DNA of 64,000 nt, from the IMG/VR virus record IMGVR_UViG_3300027759_000045, positions 62,001-126,000 of that record; one strand, 5' to 3'. Under the pieces are notes generated by a model that saw nothing but the letters and a program-made list of their open reading frames with translations, made no database searches and had not been told where the DNA came from. The position numbers were made by a program, and so were the translations under genes. Below, one piece after another: positions 40,158-45,786 of the stretch (the stretch's first letter is position 1; each line of letters opens with the position of its first letter).

Positions 40158-40186
40158 TTGACATTGTATAAATAAACCTATACAAT
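40158..40186 (+). promoter_or_regulatory. sigma70 promoter with nested TATAAATA, heading the RNA-gene region
   Basis: TTGACA-N17-TACAAT; TATAAATA at 40167-74. Confidence 0.85.
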
Positions 40187-40234
40187 ACACACATGCGCTG
40201 ATAAAAAGGTGTATGTAAATTTAGAGAAACAAAA

Positions 40235-40375
40235 ATGCAAACAAACGTATTACATTCTATATCAAATTGTTCAGCCAAACAGGCCGGCTTCGTGCCCTCT
40301 ATTTGGTCGGCAATCAATAGCATGTCATATGATCGCACACCAGAGGGTACCAGGGTCCAGGAGACCATGTTGTAA
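40235..40375 (+). CDS. putative attenuator leader peptide MQTNVLHSISNCSAKQAGFVPSIWSAINSMSYDRTPEGTRVQETML
   Basis: hand-translated 46-codon ORF between the promoter and a terminator; contains all 20 amino acids; last codons carry the antiterminator strand. Confidence 0.65.
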   Translation: MQTNVLHSISNCSAKQAGFVPSIWSAINSMSYDRTPEGTRVQETML

Positions 40376-40400
40376 ATAAAAATTTACACACAAACTCCAA

Positions 40401-40438
40401 GGACCCTAGGATTAAAAACCCTAGGGTTTTTTGTTTTT
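40401..40438 (+). terminator. intrinsic terminator (attenuator)
   Basis: ACCCTAGG(40403-10)/CCTAGGGT(40420-27) stem, then TTTTTGTTTTT. Confidence 0.85.
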
Positions 40439-40450
40439 AGAAAAGGAAAA

Positions 40451-40612
40451 ATGAAGAAATTAGATTTAGAAAAACGAATGCGTGAAGTAAAGTACACAAC
40501 AGAGCACACGCTGACTCCGGAACAACGTGAAAAGTTGATTCGGGAAAAGTTGGAACGTGCCAGATTGATGCGTGAAACTCGTACGCGAGTCGAAAATCAA
40601 CTTTGGGCATAG
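40451..40612 (+). CDS. charged helical protein, 53 aa (MKKLDLEKRMREVK...NQLWA)
   Basis: AAGGA RBS; first ORF after the terminator. Confidence 0.65.
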   Translation: MKKLDLEKRMREVKYTTEHTLTPEQREKLIREKLERARLMRETRTRVENQLWA

Positions 40613-40714
40613 ATCCTAAAGTGTTGACAGGAAACGAGGTCCTGTGCTACACTATAAACAAGCACAAACGGGCGGCGACTAGGATGGAATCCCTTTTGTG
40701 GGACTAAAAATTAG
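40613..40714 (+). ncRNA. candidate structured RNA (may instead or also be a promoter)
   Basis: ATCCTA/TAGGAT, AGTGT/ACACT, ACAGGA/TCCTGT, GTGCT/AGCAC, TCCC/GGGA; also TTGACA-N18-TACACT at 40624-53. Confidence 0.4.
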
Positions 40715-40804
40715 ATCGTATTAAAGCATTCTTTAAGAACAGTCAGACTAAGTATTTTAGAGTGCTTTAATACACACATTGGAAACAGTGTGTTCGACGT
40801 ATAT

Positions 40805-40879
40805 GCACAGGTGGCGGAATGATTACGCAACGGATTGCAAATCCGTATCATGCAGGTTTGAGTCCTGTCCTGTGTTCCA
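40805..40879 (+). tRNA. tRNA-Cys(GCA)
   Basis: cloverleaf; ACGGA-TTGCAAA-TCCGT; U73; encoded CCA. Confidence 0.92.
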
Positions 40880-40898
40880 ATTTTTACAAAGTAAAGAT

Positions 40899-41660
40899 AT
40901 GAAATTATTTGCCACTGTGTTTTTTTGTGCAGTTTTATCCAATGTGTCAGCTCGCACCAGTGAGCCCACAGTGTTGGTCTACAACATTAATGCACAGCGC
41001 ACAGAACAGAGTCAACACGCCGATCAAGTCAGATCTATGGCCAGTGTGACCAAATTGATGACTGCTATGGTTGCATTGGATCACAACAGAAATCTACAAC
41101 AGACGGTGATGCTGGGGAAACACACCGGTAGTCGATTGCCGCCTGGTCTATACACTAGAGAACAGTTGTTGCTGGCCATGCTGGTCAGCAGTGACAACGG
41201 TGCAGCCGAGGCCATTGCACAGGACTATCCCGGAGGTCGATCTGCGTTTGTGGCTGAGATGAATCGACATGCTAAAATGTGGAATCTTGGAGATACTAAG
41301 TTTGTAGATCCTTCGGGTCTGGGTGTGTTCAATGTGTCCACTGCGCAGGACCTGGCAGAGATGGTACAGATTGCTGCCAGCTATTGGTTTATACAAGAAG
41401 CCAGCGGGCAGTCTACTGTACAATTGAAAAAGCCGGATCGAACTCGTGGCAACACTGTGAATCTTATTCACACATCCCGTCAACTGTTAGCAGAATTTGA
41501 CCGTGTGGTTGTGAGCAAGACTGGATTTACCAATCCCGCCGGTTGGTGTGTGGCCATGCTGGTGGAACGGAACAAACAACAGTATGTGGTCATTGTGTTG
41601 GGTGCCAGTACTAAACTGGATCGCAGTGAGATTATAAAGAAAGCGTTTAAAAATTTGTGA
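40899..41660 (+). CDS. peptidase S11 (D-Ala-D-Ala carboxy/endopeptidase, PbpG-like), secreted
   Basis: signal peptide; SxxK (ASVTK), SDN, KTG; start moved past tRNA-Cys. Confidence 0.9.
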   Translation: MKLFATVFFCAVLSNVSARTSEPTVLVYNINAQRTEQSQHADQVRSMASVTKLMTAMVALDHNRNLQQTVMLGKHTGSRLPPGLYTREQLLLAMLVSSDNGAAEAIAQDYPGGRSAFVAEMNRHAKMWNLGDTKFVDPSGLGVFNVSTAQDLAEMVQIAASYWFIQEASGQSTVQLKKPDRTRGNTVNLIHTSRQLLAEFDRVVVSKTGFTNPAGWCVAMLVERNKQQYVVIVLGASTKLDRSEIIKKAFKNL

Positions 41661-41693
41661 TACTAGCACTGTATTACATTCAAAGGAGTGGCC

Positions 41694-42293
41694 ATGTCAA
41701 AAGTATTTTATCTCAACTTACCTCAACTTCCAGACAAAATTTATAATAAATTAGTCGAAATTTGTTATTCAACTGTGCTAAATGAACAATCTCGTCTTTG
41801 GACACATGATTTTCATCGTGGCGAGTTGGTGGTTGCCACAATCGATGGTGGAATAGTTGTACCAGATGATTTGTTGGTAAAAGAGTTAGACCTACTTTAC
41901 AAAGATTATTTTCCCGGCCAAGAACTTCTTTTCACTACTTCTAGAATCAGCAATGTGGTTGGACAAAAAAGTATATTGCCACCGCACTGTGATCGCAAAA
42001 GAAAACTGGCCATCAACTATGTTTTAAAAACTGGTGGGTCACAAGTTTCGACTTGTTTTTACAAAGAACGTAGATCTACTCCAACACTCGACACTGCTGA
42101 GAATAGATATTACAAGGATCTCACTGTTGACTTTCTTGAGGTAATTCCTGAAAAAACTTGGCACTGTTTTGATGTTCAAACTTTTCACAGTGTCAACGAT
42201 ATAGAGACAGATAGATTTTTCTTTTCAATAATTTTAAAAACAACCAACCCTTCAATAGAAGAATTTTCTTTGAAGTACAAGAATTTAATGTAG
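41694..42293 (+). CDS. 2OG-Fe(II) oxygenase-like protein
   Basis: LPPHCD...FHSV....R. Confidence 0.6.
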   Translation: MSKVFYLNLPQLPDKIYNKLVEICYSTVLNEQSRLWTHDFHRGELVVATIDGGIVVPDDLLVKELDLLYKDYFPGQELLFTTSRISNVVGQKSILPPHCDRKRKLAINYVLKTGGSQVSTCFYKERRSTPTLDTAENRYYKDLTVDFLEVIPEKTWHCFDVQTFHSVNDIETDRFFFSIILKTTNPSIEEFSLKYKNLM

Positions 42294-42322
42294 GTGTGGG
42301 TCGAGTCCTGTCACCTATTCCA
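42291..42322 (+). pseudogene. tRNA 3'-half remnant / minihelix ending TCCA
   Basis: TAGGTG/CACCTA stem, GGGTCGAGTCC T-loop-like sequence, CCA. Confidence 0.45.
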
Positions 42323-42328
42323 ATTTCA

Positions 42329-42420
42329 GGAAGATGATGCAGCGGGGTTGGTCCTGCGACTGGCCTTGAAAACCAGGTTCTCTTAACAGGGATGGGGTTC
42401 GACTCCTCCGTCTTCCGCCA
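42329..42420 (+). tRNA. tRNA-Ser(TGA), 8/4 fold
   Basis: 8-bp acceptor GGAAGATG/CGTCTTCC, 4-bp T stem, long variable arm, G73, loop CTTGAAA. Confidence 0.85.
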
Positions 42421-42424
42421 ACAA

Positions 42425-42514
42425 GGTGTGGTCCTATAATGGTATTAGAGCAGATTGCTAATCTGTCGCTCGGCGTAATCCGAGTTCTGAGTTCGAGTCT
42501 CAGTCACACCGCCA
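42425..42514 (+). tRNA. tRNA-Ser(GCT)
   Basis: GCAGA-TTGCTAA-TCTGT, long variable arm, G73. Confidence 0.92.
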
Positions 42515-42519
42515 ACATT

Positions 42520-42595
42520 GCCGACGTAGCTCATCAGGTAGAGCACCAGACTGAAAATCTGGGTGTGACTGGTTCGAGTCCAGTCGTTGGTACCA
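42520..42595 (+). tRNA. tRNA-Phe(GAA)
   Basis: CCAGA-CTGAAAA-TCTGG. Confidence 0.93.
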
Positions 42596-42599
42596 ATCT

Positions 42600-42674
42600 G
42601 GGTCTTTGGTGAAATGGATATCATGCTTGGCTTCGAACCAAGTGGTGTGGGTTCGATTCCTGCAGGACCCGCCA
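42600..42674 (+). tRNA. tRNA-Arg(TCG)
   Basis: CTTGG-CTTCGAA-CCAAG. Confidence 0.92.
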
Positions 42675-42678
42675 ACAC

Positions 42679-42752
42679 AGCCCGTTAGCTCAATGGTAGA
42701 GCACTCGACTGATAATCGAGCGACAGAGGATCGTTACCTCTACAGGCTACCA
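42679..42752 (+). tRNA. tRNA-Ile(GAT), non-canonical T loop
   Basis: CTCGA-CTGATAA-TCGAG; T arm AGAGG-ATCGTTA-CCTCT. Confidence 0.88.
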
Positions 42753-42775
42753 ACAATTTTTACAGAGTAGAATTA

Positions 42776-43318
42776 ATGAAAGATTTAATATTAATCGCAT
42801 TGAAAGAAGAAGCACCCAACATAGCTTTCAGTATGAAAGTTTTTTTCACTGGGGTAGGAAAAGTAAATGCCGCAATGACTACAGCTGAAATGATTGCTAA
42901 GTACCGCCCCGATCGTATTATCAACTTTGGTACAGCTGGTGGAGTCACTGTTAAGTCAGGATTTCACCAAGTGACCAAGTTTATACAACGTGACATGATG
43001 TGCTGTGAGTTGGGTAGTCTGCCAGGTCAAACACCATTCGAAGATGGTGTTGTTTTAGATTTTGGCAAGGGGTTGACCTGCAGTACAGGTGATAACTTTG
43101 TTACTGATAGTAATCTATTGATACCAGCCGACGTAGTGGATATGGAAGCATACGCTATAGCAAAGGCATGTAAAAAACATAACGTAGAATTTTTATGTTA
43201 CAAGTTTGTTAGTGATGGTGCTAATGAAGATTCATTAAATGATTGGCGCACAACTGTTAGTCAAGGGCAACTTCACTATCTAAATAAACTTAAAGAATTA
43301 AATGTATCTCTGGTGTAA
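42776..43318 (+). CDS. mtnN: 5'-methylthioadenosine/SAH nucleosidase
   Basis: ALKEE, TGVGKVNAA, NFGTAGG, STGDNF, VDMEAYAIAKAC, KFVSD. Confidence 0.9.
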   Translation: MKDLILIALKEEAPNIAFSMKVFFTGVGKVNAAMTTAEMIAKYRPDRIINFGTAGGVTVKSGFHQVTKFIQRDMMCCELGSLPGQTPFEDGVVLDFGKGLTCSTGDNFVTDSNLLIPADVVDMEAYAIAKACKKHNVEFLCYKFVSDGANEDSLNDWRTTVSQGQLHYLNKLKELNVSLV

Positions 43319-43377
43319 TGGCAGCACCGCGGTCTCCAAAACCGTCAGTCAAGGTTCGAGTCCTTGGAGGTACGCCA
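43304..43377 (+). tRNA. tRNA-Trp(CCA)
   Basis: GCGGT-CTCCAAA-ACCGT; 5' end overlaps the mtnN stop. Confidence 0.9.
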
Positions 43378-43382
43378 GTTTA

Positions 43383-43456
43383 GCTCTTATAGTATAATGG
43401 CATTACATGCCCTTGGTAAGGGTAAAACACAAGTTCAATTCTTGTTAAGAGCACCA
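43383..43456 (+). tRNA. tRNA-Thr(GGT)
   Basis: TGCCC-TTGGTAA-GGGTA. Confidence 0.88.
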
Positions 43457-43460
43457 AATA

Positions 43461-43579
43461 ACCCTACAGTGAGCAGGGTATACTAAAGTACTAAGTTGAC
43501 CATTTAATGCCGTTTTGCTATAATAGAAACAAGTTAAGAAATTAGCTGGATCTGCAAATAACCCTACACAGTGTAGGGT
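43461..43579. repeat. two 19-bp palindromic sites 100 bp apart
   Basis: ACCCTACAGTGAGCAGGGT (43461-79) and perfect ACCCTACAC-A-GTGTAGGGT (43561-79), both preceded by AAATA. Confidence 0.75.
43496..43524 (+). promoter_or_regulatory. sigma70 promoter (first of tandem pair)
   Basis: TTGACC-N17-TATAAT. Confidence 0.85.
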
Positions 43580-43593
43580 GTTTGCAAAACAAA

Positions 43594-43622
43594 TTGACTA
43601 GATATAGCCATTGTGTTATACT
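43594..43622 (+). promoter_or_regulatory. sigma70 promoter (second of tandem pair)
   Basis: TTGACT-N17-TATACT. Confidence 0.8.
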
Positions 43623-43627
43623 AGAGA

Positions 43628-43661
43628 CTAGTTAGGAAATTAACTAGACGTTCTTTAAAAA
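43628..43661 (+). promoter_or_regulatory. boxB-like hairpin plus boxA-like antitermination signal
   Basis: CTAGTTA-GGAAAT-TAACTAG then CGTTCTTTAAAAA. Confidence 0.6.
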
Positions 43662-43691
43662 GTTATTGTTTTTGGTAACCCGCAAGGGTTG

Positions 43692-43906
43692 CTATTTTAA
43701 AATGTATTAAAGGTTACCTACACCGTTAGGGATCTAAGGCGAGGACAGTGGGGCCGCCCACGCTCAAGCTAGGTCTATGAAACCGGGCAGAAATGTCCAG
43801 AAAAGCGGCGGAGCATGTAGGCAGTAATGACCGTGCAGGCCTATAGCAGACGGTGCTATAGGTAGACATAGATGCACAATGGTTCCTTTAGTATGTTTTA
43901 AAATAG
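43692..43906 (+). ncRNA. unidentified ~215-nt multibranched RNA
   Basis: 22-bp closing stem with three G-U pairs and at least five internal helices. Confidence 0.65.
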
Positions 43907-43913
43907 TAGAATT

Positions 43914-43989
43914 TGGTCTGTTCGTATAGAGGTTATTACTGTGGATTGTCTATCCACTTACGGGGGTTCGATTCCCCCACAGACCGCCA
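43914..43989 (+). tRNA. tRNA-Asp(GTC)
   Basis: GTGGA-TTGTCTA-TCCAC; G73. Confidence 0.92.
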
Positions 43990-43995
43990 AGTTTT

Positions 43996-44060
43996 GAGAG
44001 TCACATCGCCTGGACACTTCCTTTGGTAACGAAGCACTAGGTCCTGCAACCGTGGCTCTC
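43996..44060 (+). ncRNA. 65-nt rod-like structured element
   Basis: GAGAGTCAC/GTGGCTCTC, CCTGG/CTAGG, CTTC/GAAG nested. Confidence 0.4.
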
Positions 44061-44068
44061 CCCTTTTT

Positions 44069-44143
44069 GCTCGATTCGTCTATCGGTTAGGACATCTGGT
44101 TTTCATCCAGGCAAGAGCGGTTCGATTCCGCTATCGAGTACCA
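44069..44143 (+). tRNA. tRNA-Glu(TTC)
   Basis: TCTGG-TTTTCAT-CCAGG. Confidence 0.92.
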
Positions 44144-44144
44144 A

Positions 44145-44343
44145 ATCCCGTTACTATTTTCGTTAAAATAGCGTTTGATTAGCGATAGAGATCCGGTGGC
44201 AGAAGACCGTAAGTGTAGGGCTGGAAACTACCCCTCGGAATCTGATAGGCAGTATCCTTCTGCACACAGACATTAGAATAAAAAGGATGGACAGAGTAAC
44301 CGCTCAATTAAGGGCTGGCATGGAAACCAGTAGCTTATCCTAA
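44145..44343 (+). ncRNA. unidentified structured RNA domain A
   Basis: no ORF; CTATTTT/AAAATAG, GCAGAAG/CTTCTGC, CTGG/CCAG, GGAT/ATCC. Confidence 0.55.
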
Positions 44344-44346
44344 CAT

Positions 44347-44431
44347 GGAGATGCCGCCGTAATGGTATGGCAGGAGACTGTAAATCTTCCGACTTCGGTC
44401 ACAACAGGTTCGATCCCTGTCATCTCCACCA
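44347..44431 (+). tRNA. tRNA-Tyr(GTA)
   Basis: GGAGA-CTGTAAA-TCTTC, long variable arm. Confidence 0.92.
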
Positions 44432-44432
44432 G

Positions 44433-44630
44433 AACCCGCCGGGGTAACGCCTGGCTAGTATGACCCGTACGAGAGAAGTGAGTTCGTTACTCAAGGGTGG
44501 TAGTCTTCTTACCAAAAGGCCGCTGGCAATGCGATAACGGTTCCTGTCGGGAAGCGGGTGGAAGGTACGAGTGAGGGGTATGATAGCGTCATATCTTTCT
44601 GTACTATAATTACCGCCGGGGGATGCAGAG
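44433..44630 (+). ncRNA. unidentified pseudoknotted RNA domain B
   Basis: GC-rich non-coding stretch, at least five hairpins, and a long-range GGTGGTAGT(44496-504)/ATTACCGCC(44609-17) pairing. Confidence 0.6.
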
Positions 44631-44635
44631 CATTT

Positions 44636-44711
44636 GGGGGATTGGTATACTTGGCTAACACACCTGGTTTGCAACCAGGAGCAAACGGTTCGAATCCGTT
44701 ATCCTCCACCA
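44636..44711 (+). tRNA. tRNA-Ala(TGC)
   Basis: CCTGG-TTTGCAA-CCAGG; G3-U70. Confidence 0.92.
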
Positions 44712-44730
44712 TTTTATAAAAGGAAATTGT

Positions 44731-44874
44731 ATGAAACGTAAACCGATCGTGCGCGAACGTAACTGCTTCGTTCGTCTGGCACTGTTCCGCAAAGCAGGTG
44801 CGCATCGCAAGAGCAACAAGGCTCTGCGTCGAGCACAAAAACAAAGCCCATTAGGGGGTGAAACTTTAAGGTGA
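44731..44874 (+). CDS. small very basic protein, 47 aa (MKRKPIVRERN...FRKAGAHRKSNKALRR...)
   Basis: AAGGA RBS; 3' end overlaps tRNA-Lys. Confidence 0.55.
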   Translation: MKRKPIVRERNCFVRLALFRKAGAHRKSNKALRRAQKQSPLGGETLR

Positions 44875-44927
44875 AGTAACGGACTTTTAATCCGTAAAAC
44901 AGGGATCGTTCCCCTGCACCCCTACCA
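44854..44927 (+). tRNA. tRNA-Lys(TTT), non-canonical T loop
   Basis: ACGGA-CTTTTAA-TCCGT; T arm CAGGG-ATCGTTC-CCCTG. Confidence 0.87.
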
Positions 44928-45020
44928 TATAAAAGCACTCTAAACTGGACGCAGGTTCTGTGAAGTAACACCTCGGATTGATCGCCGAGAAGGTATGGAG
45001 AATAAGAGTGTTTCTATATG
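44926..45020 (+). other. long stem (15/16 bp) enclosing ~63 nt
   Basis: CATATAAAAGCACTCT / AGAGTGTTTCTATATG. Confidence 0.55.
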
Positions 45021-45048
45021 GTAAGAATACCAGTCAATAAATAATGTT

Positions 45049-45783
45049 ATGAAAATTAAACTACCTCAAGAATTGCACTGGTTCTGCCCAGTGGCAGCAC
45101 CTGACCTAATTAGATTAGGTGGAAAAATGGATGGTGGCTACATTGTGCCACGTTCAGCAGTGGAACAAGCACAGGGCCTGCTGAGTTTTGGACTGGGTGA
45201 CGATTTTACATTTGACCAAGACTGGCATGATCTCAAGCCCCAGGATCCAATTCAGATGTATGACGCCAGTGTTACCAGAGATACCATGCGTATCAGCATC
45301 AATACGCCGGTTCGCGGACATCTGGACATTCGAACCATGTACGATGAATTCTTTCAGGGCAATGTAAAACATTGGCCAGAGTTTATTGGTCCTGAGAACT
45401 TTGTTCGAGCCCTGGACAGAATGGGCGTGGATCAAGTGTTTATTAAAATGGATATCGAAGGTGGCGAATACAGTTTGATTGAAAGTATTTTACAACATCG
45501 AGATCGTATCGTGGGTGTCGCAATGGAATGGCATAACTGTGCAAATCGTAGCGAGCAATGGCGCCGAGCTGTGCAACGCTGGCAAGAGCACTATGCTATA
45601 GTACATGTACACGGAAATAACCATGTGGGATTTGATTCAGATGGTGTGTTTGGATGTATGGAACTGACACACATTCGCCGAGACTTGGTTCCTGGAAATG
45701 AACTGCGTAAAGAGTCTTACATACACGGTTTAGATTATTCTAACGTGGCTGGTCTTACTGATATTGAATACTATTTTGATTAA
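45049..45783 (+). CDS. FkbM-like methyltransferase
   Basis: LIRLGGKMDGGY, LSFGLGDD, FIKMDIEGGEY, HVHGNN. Confidence 0.75.
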   Translation: MKIKLPQELHWFCPVAAPDLIRLGGKMDGGYIVPRSAVEQAQGLLSFGLGDDFTFDQDWHDLKPQDPIQMYDASVTRDTMRISINTPVRGHLDIRTMYDEFFQGNVKHWPEFIGPENFVRALDRMGVDQVFIKMDIEGGEYSLIESILQHRDRIVGVAMEWHNCANRSEQWRRAVQRWQEHYAIVHVHGNNHVGFDSDGVFGCMELTHIRRDLVPGNELRKESYIHGLDYSNVAGLTDIEYYFD

Positions 45784-45786
45784 TTT

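Noticed and set aside
40779-40898. N-terminal extension of the S11 peptidase
   Set aside because: It overlaps tRNA-Cys; the signal peptide starts at ATG 40899.
42329-42420. Selenocysteine tRNA
   Set aside because: The anticodon is TGA (Ser), not TCA, and the fold is 8/4, not 8/5. No sel genes were seen.
43692-43906. 5S rRNA, RNase P, SRP or 6S RNA
   Set aside because: Their hallmark sequences and architectures were not found by eye (GAGGACAGT only loosely resembles RNase P GAGGAAAGTC).
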